A DNA stretch of 64,000 nt. Source: Takakia lepidozioides (lineage: Eukaryota; Plantae; Bryophyta). A model generated the notes under the pieces. The model searched no databases. It was not told where the DNA came from and saw only the letters and a list, made by a program, of their open reading frames with translations. Of the stretch, positions 13,785 through 27,037 are shown piece after piece (position 1 is the stretch's first letter; every line of letters starts with the position of its first letter). The position numbers and the translations under genes are program-made. The stretch is from assembly GCA_030704615.1 (NCBI GenBank), contig CM060731.1:13702001-13766000 (forward strand), given 5' to 3'.

Positions 13785-14020
13785 TGTCCCAGGATCGCAC
13801 GCTTTCTGGGATAGTGGACCTGGCCTCCTGTGGGATGCTCAGTTGCAGTAGTTAGAGGAGTCTAATGCTGACGAGCGTGAGCGGGCAATGGGTTTTACCA
13901 CTGGTACCACGGCGGTGCCCTCTCTTTCTGAGGCATCACGTCGTCAGGTGTTGGGGCAAGCAATAGATCTCAATTGCTTGACCTGGATTATCAGCTTGGC
14001 TATGGCTGAGCAATGCAGAG
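13785..14020 (+). pseudogene. C-terminal remnant (motif IX/X-like) of a C5 cytosine DNA methyltransferase inside the Gypsy pol
   Basis: PGSHAFWDSGPGLLWDAQLQ*LEESNADERERAMGFTTGTTAVPSLSEASRRQVLGQAIDLNCLTWI resembles DNMT motif IX (ExER.xGF) and motif X (R..xLG.A). It lies directly upstream of RT in the same orientation. Confidence 0.65.
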
Positions 14021-17000
14021 TGTGGAGTAAACTTCCCTTGATGGTCTCTCTGCCTACCGAGATGGTACAGGCAGTGAATGAGGGCGAGCATGTGAGGACC
14101 ACGGGGTGCAGGCATCCATGGCACACGTGGGAGGTGCTCAAGGTTCAGAGGGAGTTAGCAGCCAAGGTGGCGGTGATGGACGAGGTTGGGGATTTTTCTC
14201 AGGTTGAGGAAGTCCTCGAGGATGAGATGATGGGGCAAGATGAGGCCTTGTCATTGACTGAGTAGATAAGGAATACTACTCAAGAGGTTGCAACATAGCA
14301 ACCACTGGACGCGTCCTCTACCTCTAAGCCCACTGGACTTAAGGTTGCGGTTACGGAGAACAATTGGAAGCCTGACATTGGACACATTGTCACCGGAGGA
14401 GAGAGATGACGTATACGGCGGTTCCTGAGGGCTTACAAGAATTGCTTTGCCTTCAGTTTGAAGGACTTGGGAGCACTGAAGGGTCAAGAGATCCGTATTG
14501 AGTTGGCCACTGACACGCAATCTTTCGGAGACCCTATAGATATAGTGACATGGGGAGGTCTTTGATTCAGATGAGGACTCAATATCTCTGGGAGGCAGGT
14601 TTGGTGGAGCTTTCTAGTGGAGAGTATGCTTCAGCCACAGTGATGCCAACCAAGAAGGATGTCTATGGCAATTGGACGGAGAGACGTATGTGCGGTGATT
14701 ACCGGCCTGTAAATCGTCAGACCAAGTCCGATAAGTATGTCATGCCAACACCAGAGGAGATCTTTGATGCCATCGGGCATGCTAAGGTTTTTAGCACTTT
14801 GGATTTACGATCCGGATATCACCAGTTGCCGATCAAGGAGGCCCATAGGGTACAACACTGCCCCACCAACCAGGACATCGTATGAGACCGCATCTGTCAC
14901 AATGGCCTTGGCTCGCATCACTGAGCCATCTGTAGGGTGATCCGGCCGTAATCTGATAGCCAACTCACGCCGTGTCATGCCCCGAGCCTGCTCCGATCCT
15001 CCTAGAGACGTCTGTATCTAGAAAAGACAAGGCTCCATATCCGCCTCCGTGAGGCCCAAGCCTGCAATAGCAGCTCTGCCCAACATCAACGGCTGAGCTC
15101 TCGAGTCCAACAAGACCCTCAATGGCCGGTACCTCTTGCCTGTCGGTCCACTCAAACAGAAAATGCCATCCTGGTTGTCTGACATGACAACTCCGGGTGT
15201 CACCATGGCGCGCTCAATGGCTGGCCTAGCTGACAGCTCCATCAACCTGGTAGCTGCAGCTTGACATGGCGCCGCCGTGGCAGTCTTGACCCTCAAATCC
15301 GAGGATCCCTCTGGCACTACACCTCCCACTATCTCCGCAGAAGATGAGGTAACCTCCCCACTCTCACAGAGTGTAGCTGCCAGCCTGAACACCTCAGCTG
15401 GTCTTACCCCCGGTGTCGCAATCATGGTAGCCGAGAACAATGGAGCCTGACACACAGATGTGGCCGCCCCCAGCAGCACACTAGCTGCCATAGCTTTGGC
15501 AACACTAGGTAGTGGTGCTGCCCGTGTGGCTCTCCCCAATGGCATAGTAACCTCCGCCTCAGTAACAGTCGGGCGAGAACTAGGTGTCATGGATGGCGTC
15601 GACACTGTCTCCGCCAATGTGAATGACTGAGGAAGCCTAGCCTGACGGCTTGCCTCCCCACGTTGTGGATCCAACTCCACCTCTGCACCTCGTGGCTCAG
15701 GAACTCGTGCTGCTCCTCGGGTCACTGCCGCCGCCGACTCTACTTGCATTAGTGGTAGTGCTGCCCCGCACATGAATCCCATGCCTCCCATATCTCCTCC
15801 CTTAGGAGCAGGAGGTGGACCATCTGGCCTTGGGGCCGGACGTACCACCTGAGCTGTAGCCATGGCAGCAAGCCTCTGCTCTAGCTGCTGAAGCCGGTTG
15901 GCCATGCCTTGGTCAACACCCTGGCCTCCGCGTCTTTGGCCATGTTGAGCTTGCCCTTGGCCTGCACCTCGTGCCTGGCCACCTCGTCTTCTCTGGGCTG
16001 CTCCACCTTGCCCCCGGCCACCATTGTTCCCTTGGAACTGGCCTGGGCGCAACTCAGGATGCAAACCATAACACTAGGCCTCTCCATGCCCGTGCTTGCC
16101 ACAATGTCCACACTGCAACTGTGCAGGCTGTGCATGTGCCGGCCCTTTGCCTCCCTCTGGGCAATCCTTGTTGACATGGGGTCCTCCACATGTCCAACAC
16201 ACCACCTCCGCCCGTTGTTGGCCTGCAAATGAAGGCAGAGACCCCTGCATCTGAGGTCCTCTCTATCCTTTCCTGGGCTTCACCTGAGCCCCCTTGTTGC
16301 CTTAAGCACGTTGAGATAGTGGTTGGTTAGGAACACCACTACCCCGTGGTGTCTCTTTAGCAAATCCCACCATGACCACTCGTTCCTCCACCATGTTGAG
16401 CTCTATTCGCTCTGCCAGCAAAAACACATTTGCTAAGGTAGGTTAGGCCGCTTATAGGAGAGTGGCATCCCGCACCCTTATCCTCAGCTCCGTGTCCAAT
16501 ATCTTATACCAGAATTGGACTGCCTGAGCTTCCGTAATCCCTTGGGTTACATTTATCAAGCGCCTCATGCGAGTGAAAGCCTCCCTCAAGCTCTCAGTAG
16601 GCTTCCGTTGGAACTCTTGCAAGCTCCGCAACTTCTCTGTCCTCACCCCTTGGTAGTTCCCTCTCAACTCTTCGAAGAACTCCACAACAGGGTTGAAGGC
16701 AGGCACGGGTACTGGTGCTGGTGCGGTAGTGGCTTGGGTGGACGTTGTAGCTACGATACCACCAGTCCCACTAGTCCCACTGCTGTTTGTTGAAGCTGTT
16801 GGTGCAGCGGCAGGTGTAGCCACTGCCCTCGTGGCTCTAGTGCCCCTAGTGATGGAGACATAGTCGGGTGACCAGTACATCCTCCACTCCTCGATCTCAA
16901 CCTCATGCCCCCGCCTGAACTCATGGTAATCATCCATAGGCGGCCCCTCAAGGTGCTGAAACAGCCCCTTCCATGCCATGAAAGGCGTAAATAGTTGTGG

Positions 17001-18039
17001 ATTGCGCATTTGCTGCAAATCACACCAACTATCAAACTCTTGGATAAAATCATGCAACTTGATGGTGCCCACTGCCCCAGAGTACCTTCGTGGCCCCTTG
17101 GTAGCTCCATACATCTCCTCCACTATGTCCCACAACAATGGCAAGGAAACAACTTGCACCGCCGGTGTGAGTCCTCCCGATTCACAATCCGAATCAGAAC
17201 CTTCCGTAGAAGACACAGGAGGTGAAGGTGGCTTAAACCGCACACCTCGTCTCGTGTACCTACTAGTATCGCTAGTGCTCGAACCGACACTCTCCCCAAC
17301 AACTAGTGGCATCTCCGTGTTGACAAACTGTCACTCAACCGGTCATGAACATGCCCCTAACCACCTCTCCACAAGGTAACCGGGTAGAGAACCCATTGCG
17401 GCTTATGGTTTGGATACTAGGTTCCTAACATAGCCTATACCTGCACCTGCATCCACCGCAAGCACTTCTATGGTTGGCTGGTCATCACCTCCAACCTCAC
17501 CATAGGAGAAACAATGATGGTCTGACTGGTCATCACCCCAGCCTCACCATCGACAGCATGCTCTAGGACTGGCCGGTGATCAAATCCGGACCAATCACCT
17601 ATAAAAACAAGTGCCCACACAAAACTAACATGGCGCACAGTCAAGCATGCAGGTATGGAGGGGATCCAAACACAAGAAATCAGAACGACAACTCCCCCAC
17701 ACCAAAAACAACTCCACGGTGTTGCTCATGCAATGACACCCCAGCCCAAACCCGGACTAACTCTTGCCTCCGCCTACGGAAAGGTCTTGGCCTAATGAGA
17801 GGGTGGAAAACTACGAGGAAGAGAACCTAAAGCAATGCCTAACCCCAACATGCCTTCATCCCAACACTCTTCCTCTCCTCTCTTCCCTCACTTGCATGAC
17901 CATGGGAATATCATGAAGATACTCCTCGAATCGCCCTCCATGAGGTTCGAAATTTGGCCTTCAAGACCACTTGTCAGTACTCAGGCAATCCACCAGTGCC
18001 TCCACGAGTCAGCACAGGCCGTCCACATGTCAACACGGG

Positions 18040-18240
18040 CCACCACAGACCAGCACAGGCCCACACAGATCACTGGTCACAGCCCGTCACAGCCCCAAAG
18101 GCCACAGGGCATAGCCTGTCACAGCCTATCACAGCCCTACACAAGTCACAGGGTCACAGCCCCAAAGGCCCCATGGCACAGCCCATCACAGCCGGTCCCT
18201 GTCACAGCCCATCACAGCCCTATCCATGGCCGCTCATGGC
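18040..18240. repeat. CACAGC-based low-complexity tandem array (period about 10)
   Basis: Repeated cacagcc/tcacagc units. Confidence 0.85.
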
Positions 18241-18699
18241 AGTTTAGCCATTTCTCCAAGGGGTTTAGCCACGCCAAGCTAGGGTTTGTGTCTCTTGGAC
18301 TCTAGGCTTCTTTGCACCGAGCTATGGCGGCTGTGAGGAAATCAACAAGGTAGTCTTGCTCTTTATGGCTCCCACACACCACCAATAGTAGCTCTAAGTC
18401 CAAAGGAAGATGTTTGCAACCAAAACTAAGTGCATAAACTTCCTTTTAACTCACAAATTAACAGCGCCATTGATCCCTATGGCGACTAACCAAACATGGC
18501 TGACTTCCAGCCCTTGTAGGCACTCATTTACACACTTTTCTTGACCATAGCACGCCCCTTCGCACCTAATCCAGCTCCTGCACTTGCTGCTTCAAGAGTT
18601 GTGCCCCCTTCAAGCTTGAAGTTGAAACCCCAACTCACATATGCCCTACAAGTGCTTTTATTTCACCCCAAGTGAAAACCAGCCCTAGCCCTTCTATTC

Positions 18700-19080
18700 T
18701 AGCTCTCTAACGCTTGAAAACGAGATCCTCAATGGGCTGAAGGCATGCTCCACACATGCCCCACTCTCACCATAAGAGAATCAGCTCCTTTGCTTCTTTT
18801 CTTGCACCCACAAACCTGAAAATACAAGCTTCAGCGGGCTGAAAGCATGCTCCACACACTCCCTACATGGAAACCAGTTTTTTTTTTTTTTTTTTTTTTT
18901 TAACACCTGAAAGTACAAGCCTTCAACAGGCTGAAAGCATGCTCCACACATGCGTTGCCCTCACATAAGGGAAGTCAGCCCTTCCCTCTTCCTTGTTAGC
19001 CCTCCAAGCTTGAAGATGGAAGCTTCAATGGGTTGAATGCATGCTCCACACATGCATCCTCTTCACACAAGAGGTAATAT
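18700..19080. repeat. About 95-100 bp tandem repeats with core GCATGCTCCACACA
   Basis: Core recurs near 18743, 18845, 18937 and 19039. Confidence 0.8.
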
Positions 19081-22000
19081 CAACCCCCTATCTTGGCTCT
19101 TTGGCTCTTTGATGCTCTTGAAGACAAGACTAAGCACTCCACAGCCTTTGCCAAGCTCCTGAAACCCTAAGGTTTACATTTCCAGCCACAAGACACTCCT
19201 CTTGTGGCGCAAAAGCTTTTCTTCCAAGTTCTGAAACCCTAGGTGCACATTCCATGGCCTTGCCGCACCTCTTAGCTCTTGTTCCAGCCCTACTGCATTG
19301 GCTTGCATACAAGAGAAATCAGCCATCTCTCTTCACTCATACCTCCTTATGATCTTGAAGTTGGAGCTCCTGATAACTGTGACTTGCATCTAACACCCTC
19401 GCAGCTCCACACTCACCACAGTTGGCTGCCATAGCGTTGAGCTATACAACACTGCTCTTCAACACAGGCTGTCCGCCTCTATATCCATTGCAAACCTGAA
19501 ACCTGTTCGCCATCGCACCCTATCTGCTTTGGATAGGCTCATGCACTGATCCCTGCACTCTAAGCTGAGTTGCTTCTCATCTGAAAACACACAAGTGCTA
19601 ACAACTAACTCGTATCTAGCACTTACAGATACGAGCTGATCTTTCTCGAGTGATAAAGAAGAAGAATACAAGCACAAGCTCATGCGAGCTCACAAAGGTG
19701 AAGCATAAACTCATGCATACATAAACTCATCACTCAAATACAAGTCAAGCCAAGTGCACCCCACGCCATGGGGAATCCACACTACGGTGCCATAGCTAGA
19801 CGCAGTGAGGCTCAACTCGAGAAAGATGAGCCTCCCCCGCTTGTCGTGAAGATAACCACTCCAGGGCCTAAATCTGCCTTGACCCCTGGATTGACACTTG
19901 GGCCAATCCCAAATGTCAATATGTAAAAGCTAGCTATTTCCTAGCTAGTTTCACACTAGTGATAAAATAACTTGACAACCACATTGAAGTAGATAGCAAG
20001 ATTTGAGCCCAGAATCAGTTGGTGAAAGTGGTGTGTGGCATTAGATTAACATATTAGGCCTTAACGACATCTTTTCATTGTTTGACCCTCTGAGGCCATC
20101 CATTCGTTTTTTGCTAGATATCCTCATTAGCTAAATCTTCTCTTTAGGTTTAGCCATACAAGGTAACATGTCTATTGGCTAGCAACGTACTCTGAAGTCT
20201 TTGAAAGGACCACCACTATCCCAACAATTGGAGCTCTTTATAGGAATCCTCTCTACCAACAACAACTTTGACCGAAGGATGGCCGGGGTGCGCCGATCAC
20301 AGTACCCAATCGTGCGCAATGGAACAGTGGCTGTCCGTTTTTTTTGTGGGACTAGTAACTACCATGGCCAGCCCACAATGAGGGTCCTATATTTGGGTAT
20401 TTCTGTGGCAAAAAATTTACACCTCTAAAATTGACATCCTAAAGAGCTCACGGGACAAATGACCCAATGGCTAGCAACCGATTAGAACTATATATCGACA
20501 ATTCAACCTTGTAAAAAGAGTTATAAAGGCAAAAATGATGGTCCTAAATAATCCAGCATCCATCCTTACTTGTGGCCCATCCAACAGAAATTCTTCAAAA
20601 ATAATAGACAAAAATATTCAATAAGGCAAAACCCTCTATCCACATATTTTACGGATAAATATAATTCTTTTGAGGGATCCATCATATGAATGACATTTCT
20701 ATCTAATTCAACAATTATCAAAAGCCTTGGATAGCATATTGTCACAATGACATGAATCAGTTTTTTCAATAGATATAATCATTAGAGAAGTTCACAATCC
20801 GCATTTTGCAGGCTGACAAAGACTTCGACCCACCCAAAATTATTTATTTTTGAAATTAAATCATTACATTGTTCTTATGTCTTTGTTTTCATCTACTGAA
20901 TAAACTCCATTGGGGAAAAAATAATAATGTAACATGGTGGAGGACAATCACACTCTATGGCAATAAAACATGACAAACAATGTCTTATGAATATATTTTC
21001 CCAGCTCTCTCTCTCTCTCTCCACTTAGTATTAATGTTACCCATTCCATGGTGGTTTAAAGAGACAATATACTCATGTCTTTGGTATTATGAGATTGGAG
21101 GAAAACTAATGTAACTACGTTTTTTCTAAAATGACAACTTGTCATTACAATATCTATGACGCTGCCACAGGAGCGACAGTGGAAACAAACGCGACCAGGT
21201 GATTGGTTGATAAATTGTACAATGAGATCCTCACCTATCACATGGGAGGAACGCGTTGAAAGCAAGCTACGGTGGCTAGAAAAAATCCACTGTGTGGCCT
21301 ACACAAGAAGCCCTAAGGTTTTTCAGAGTTTTGATTTGATGATTATGGAAAAATTATAGTCGCTAGATTCATCCAAGTTGACAGTAACAGACACTATGGC
21401 ATTATTTCTATTTTTTCCTAGTACATGCTATTATTTTATTTTTTTATATTTTATATTTTCGTTATATCGCATAGTGGGAATGGGGCTACTCTTCACCTAC
21501 ATGAAATGTATCTTTTAGTGAAGTAAGTCCATTGTTTTATTTTGTTTCCATGCATTCATGTACTTTGGCAAAAATCAGTTTTTCGAGGCTCACAATTAAT
21601 TTATAGAAATAAGAAATTTCAAATTTTTGATGTTTTTTATAGGACTTTGGTATCTTAAAGAGTAGAGCAATACTAATATGAGTCCCTTTTATCATATTTA
21701 TTTTCTATAGTGAGTGCAAAAAGTCCATAAGAAGTCTTTTTATGGACTGTGACACTGCGTATGCAATTTTCTAAAGTCCATTACTTCGACAAATCAACTT
21801 CATGTCTTAGTGAGAATTTAAAGATACCAACTGCCATTCGTGTGGTATGTTTTTTTGGCTCGGGTGGTAAGGCCTTTAGTTTATATGAGAAAGAAAGTAG
21901 TCATCGGACCCAAACACTTGAGATGCCCTCACATTTGTTCAGAAATTCTCCAAGGTTGTAGGTTCAAAATATGAAAAATATATATGATCATCTCTGGGGA

Positions 22001-22489
22001 CGGATGGTTTTCCTTCAATCCTAGTTATCGTCTCTTGTCTCTCACAAATATCATTTGTAAATTCTAGAGAAGACAATAAGGTTGAAATCCTATAGATACA
22101 AAAATACATATTGAATAAGTTTTACGTAATACTTACACATTTTGATCATGTCGAGACACTTTATATCTATCAATGAGATGTATAAAATGTTTTCCCTGTA
22201 AACTTTTGCTGATAGTGTGCGAATTGTCCAATTCACATACTAAAAAATTGTTCCGCTGATGAACATGGCTGAATGTTGTAACTTTTTCACCCCATTTGTA
22301 AAATTGTATCTTCTATGCAAACTTCCAACTAACTGATCTTGAATGTTTGTATATGTGTCATTAGGATATATGTGCTGAAATCGTGCCAAATATGTAGTCT
22401 CCTTAACGGAGTGATTATGAGATGACATTCTTTCTCATCTTCTTTAGTGACCGGTGTGTATGCATGGGCAGGTCATTCCCTCGTTGATG

Positions 22490-23321
22490 CTTTAATGGAC
22501 GAAGTTGTGTTCTTCAAATCGGACACATATGGGCTCGTTAAGATTTGGGCACCGATGATAACAAAATCAGCTTTGTCCATCTCGGTTAGCAGTTCGAGGG
22601 TTGGAACCTGGTTCTATAAAATTGAATGGCATATCGTTCCGTCAAATGGATGGTGTGGCACATTGTTCATCGACCTTTATTAATGAGAAGTTGCATGGAG
22701 CAGGAACAGAAGAAAATCCTGTGCTTGTCAGTGGTGATCAGAAATCTGAGGCTCCCGCAGGTAGGACCGTGAACTTTGATGTGATCGACCTTTTGCATTG
22801 TTGGCCGTGTTTTTATGTTCTCTCTGTCTGTGTCGCTCGCTTTGTTTTTTCTTAAAGTGATTTTCATGTGCCTTCTTTCTTGAATGTGTGACCGGACATG
22901 ATGTTCTTATTCGGTTTTGCAGGAAGAGAGACAGCTTTCGAACAAATCCATAATAAGTTGGATCTCATGGCTGGCTGGCTGTAAGAATCATTGTAGCAGA
23001 CAAAGGCCTCGGCTATAAACTCCCATGATATAAGTGCCCTCCGGCATTACTTGGGCGTTCCTGTAATGTATGATGAGGAGTTTGTTACAGTAGCAGCGTT
23101 GCTTGGAGGAAGTTGTGTTCTTCAAATCGGACACACATGGTCTCGTTAAGATTTGCACCGATGATGACAAAATCAACTCTGTCCATCTCGGAGAGCAGTT
23201 CGGGTTGGAACTTGGTTCTATAAAATTGAATGGCATATCGTGTCAAATGGATGGTGTGTTACCTCGTTCGTGGACCTTTAATAAGGAGAAGTTGCATGGA
23301 GCAGGAACAGAAGAGAATCCT
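22490..23321 (+). pseudogene. Duplicated small gene fragment (possibly a ubiquitin-like N-terminal domain)
   Basis: EVVFFKSDT(Y/H)GLVKI...GSIKLNGIS..MDG...EKLHGAGTEENP occurs at about 22500-22720 (frameshifted) and 23105-23321. Confidence 0.55.
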
Positions 23322-25449
23322 GAATCATTGTCTCGTATTCATAAAATCAACTTCTTAACGTAATATTTAAGATGATTGGTTTTGGTGCAAGCATTTATTG
23401 GCTCCTCCCTAAAAGGGAGAGACCACGAATTGGTGCCAAAAATGAGTAAGATCCTGATATACCTCCTCTAGATAGTACCTACATGAAACAGATAACCCTC
23501 CCCCACTTAAATGTTACCTTGATTGAATAAGACCCATAAATGAATCTTACACATTAAATATTCATAAATGACCCTTAAATGAAGGGTATATAGGGATGCA
23601 CATATCTGTATTTTTCTCCCTCCTCAACAGCCTGAATTGGGGCTGTCGCTCCCATATTTCCTTGAAAATGCAATAGGCATGCATAGTAGAATGTATTATA
23701 TTTGCTTAACATTAAAATAAAACAGTAACCTCCAAATATATATATATTTTTACAAGTGATTATTTGGAGTATATTTTTTTTTAATAATTCAATGTTTCAT
23801 AATATTTACAATAAAAAATTCAGAGAAAAATATTTTTATTACAATTTATTATATAGATTTTGTATTCTATATTACAGTCACATTTTTTAATCATGGTGAA
23901 AGACTGGGAGCCCCAAAAAAATGAGAATAATAATGTCAAAATAAATTTGAGTACAATGGGTTGAGTTGAAAGGATCTGATTTGGAAAATGTAGAACCATG
24001 CATGTATACAAAACAAATATAAACATCTATAAACATAATTACTCATTTTTATTTTGCAGGAACAAGTTATATCTTGGTAGTATCATGGTTGTGCCAAGTT
24101 GCGAAGGTGGTAGGGTCAAATCCTTGAGTAGACTCAAATAGAGAAGTTTTTGAATGTCGTGATGTAATGGATGAAAAAGTTCCTTATAAATGAAAAAGTG
24201 GCATCAGAGTTTAGGGTTTGGGTTTAGCGCCATTTAGGGTCTAGTGGCTTCTCAGTGTTTGTTGTCTGGGTTTCAAGAGTCGAAAGAGAAGGTCTCGGGG
24301 TTGCTGGAGCCGAGTGGCAGCATACAGATCCACACACACACCATGTCCCTAGAGAGATTGTGGTAGGTGGCAAGTGACCCCCTCCATCAACACACATTCG
24401 GACAAAAGGCGGGGCGGTTCAACCATGGAATGCATGAGAGGCTCTTTGGCAAGTCCTTGCGTCTCGATCGTATTAGTGCTCTTGATGCCATTACTTACCA
24501 GGTGTGTCTTCTTCTTTGGGGCTTGATTGGCCCCACGGTTCTCTCTTGTTGAGAGTGGATCAATCAGGGTTCTCATATTTCTTGAACACAATAGTGCTCT
24601 TTTCACTGAAGAGGGATGATTGAGTCTTCAATGCGTCCATTTAGAAGGTAACTATGGACATGGCTTTTCTTTTGATTTTCTAATTGTGCAGCGGGATTGT
24701 GAGGCTCTGGAGCGGCCCAACTCTTACTGTGGTGCCTCAGTGTGCGCAGCTCTCTTTACTGCCGCTGCTATTGTGCTGGAAATGACTTTTCTGACTAGCC
24801 AGCCCTTCCCGTTCTTGCAGGTCTGTGCTCGGCAACCTCTGACCAACAGTTTCAAGAACATAAGAAATGGAAGCTCTAACTTGGACATCATGGCTGATAT
24901 GGGTTCACCAACCATTGAGGATAGATTAGACAAGTTGAGAGAAATATAGTTGGCGAGGCAATCTGGTATCCATGTTGATGTTTTTGCATAACTTGGGGGA
25001 AATCAGAACAGATTTTAGGGTGTGCTTTGATGACAACAGCTGATCTGCTCACTCAAGTGACCATACCTCCAAACTGTGGTGTGGCTCTATATCTGATATG
25101 GGTTGTTGGGGGCAGACAATTATGTGACAATAGAAGTGACCAGAGAACATCTGAGATCAGAGTTTGCTAAGCTCACAAGAAAACCCTAAAGCTCTCCAAC
25201 CATCATTCATCTGTTTGGGCTGATTCTCTGTCTATTTCTTGAAACCTAAGAGCTTGTTGTAACACGGCTTAGTGAGGGTATGCTTGGTTAGTATTTGTCC
25301 ATAATCAGCTTTCTTTACCTTGGCACAAAATCTGCTAGTTCTCAGTGATGTAGTTACAATGTTGCCATGAAGCCAATATTTAGACAAGGTTTTCTATGAT
25401 CTGATCCAGCAAGTGGATGTGCAGCTTGCAATCTTGAGAACATTCACTT

Positions 25450-25740
25450 GGACTCTATTTCAGTATCTATTTCAGTATTTCAATATTTCAATCAAGATTT
25501 TCAGCAAGTATTTCAGTATTTCAGCCAGTTTGTCAGCGAGTATTTCAGTATTCATTATCTATTTCAGTATTTTAATCTAGATTCTTTCATCGAGCATTTC
25601 AGTATTTCAGCCAGTTTTTCAGCGAGTATTTCAGTACTTCAGCCAGTATTTCAGCAAGTATTTTAATATTTCAGCCAGTTCTTTAACAAGTATTTTAATA
25701 GTTCAGTGAGTATTTCAACAAGCATTTCAATATTTTAATA
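25450..25740. repeat. TATTTCAG degenerate microsatellite-like array
   Basis: Many (g)tatttcag/tatttcaa units. Confidence 0.85.
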
Positions 25741-26803
25741 ACTAATAAATCCAAAGATCAGTTTTGTAATATCGAAATACATCAATATTTAATTCACACA
25801 TCAATAAAATAAAGTGCTGCCAGGGCCTCTGTCAAATAACTAAATAAATAATTTTTTCTCTTATGCAGACCATTTTATTTTTATTTTTTTTGGAACAGGG
25901 GATGGAGGCCCTGGAGAATATATTAAGAAATATGGAAAAAATAACCCATACAGCCGTAAAGCATGTTTTACATATAATTTGAGTATATGTTATATTTTAT
26001 TTCAATATAATATTTTTAGGAATTTTTCAACTTAAGAGTTTTAGGGTGGAGCCATTACGCGACTAGCCGCTTGTTTAGTGTCATAATGAAACGGGTTTGT
26101 AGTTCAGTCTGTGTAAACGATATCTCAATGTGTTGCTTGGGGATCAACAACAAAGTGACTCGTGAGAGACTAGAGTAGATTTATTTTTGAAGAATTAGTC
26201 GACGTGTCACGGGAATGTAAATTACATCAGGTGAAACTAATTAATCTCGTTATGATTAACATTAATTTATAGAATAATGCATTTGCTTTCAGTGATTTGA
26301 CTAACATAATTTATATGTTGTGTTCACTAGTTTGCAATGAGGAAAACCCAATTATATTGGTTCTCTTTCCGAGAAGAGTGATGATATTGCAAGGACTGAT
26401 TATACTCGCGGCCAATATGCGCCTCATTTTCCCTCGGAGCAAAATCAATTAAAGGTAGTATTCTTCTTTCCTTCTACAATGTTAACAAATTATTTTGTCA
26501 TGCTCAAGAACTTTGAATCTTATTTTAGCATAAATAAATTAAATATTTCTGCTAGATGTTGCTTTTAACACACGCAGTTGTGTATATCATTCATGAACCC
26601 TAGTTTAGACTAGATGATGAAGACAATGATCGCTGAAGTGATGGGCCTATTTGATAAAGATACGTATCACAACATATGTCTAAAAGCAAGTTGGTAGAAG
26701 GTGAATATAAAAGAAGTGTATCTTCTTTTTATACCGCCAATGTTCGTAACTACAGATAATGACAGATGTTGTTGCAACATGAGATAAAATCCATGTTGGC
26801 GGT

Positions 26804-27037
26804 AAAGCTATCAATGACCTTGGTCGTCTCGACATTATTTATTTTGGCGTGATATTCCATCTCACTAACAAATATACTTTATAGAATCTTTGTTAATAAC
26901 AAGAAAAGTTAGTGCAACCATGATCAGCTTACTAGTCGTAATGAAACACAAAGATTCTATAAAGTATATTTGTTAGTGAGATGGAATATCACGCCAAAAT
27001 AAATAATGTCGAGACGACCAAGGTCATTGATAGCTTT
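26804..27037. repeat. Perfect 90-bp inverted repeat with 54-nt spacer
   Basis: 26804-26893 is the exact reverse complement of 26948-27037. Confidence 0.95.

Larger units (their letters stand above)
12570..19800 (-). mobile_element. Degenerate Ty3/Gypsy LTR retrotransposon (gag, protease, DNMT-like remnant, RT, RNase H, integrase) with internal inversion
   Basis: gag-like 16452-17312. Protease VLLDSRAQPLMLG at about 15050-15120. RT RMCGDYRPVN...FSTLDLRSGYHQ on + at 14340-14845. RNase H AYASRS..YSSYEGECLAVVW..TDHQPLKW at 13352-13669. Integrase HEELGHFG...WSLDFAGP..VEHFSKWIE..TDQGREF at 12570-13100. The upstream boundary is approximate. Confidence 0.92.

Noticed and set aside
19770-19795. Minus-strand TGGCACCGTAGTGTGGATTC as the PBS of the first Gypsy
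   Set aside because: Not preceded by a clear ...CA LTR end; the LTR cannot be defined.
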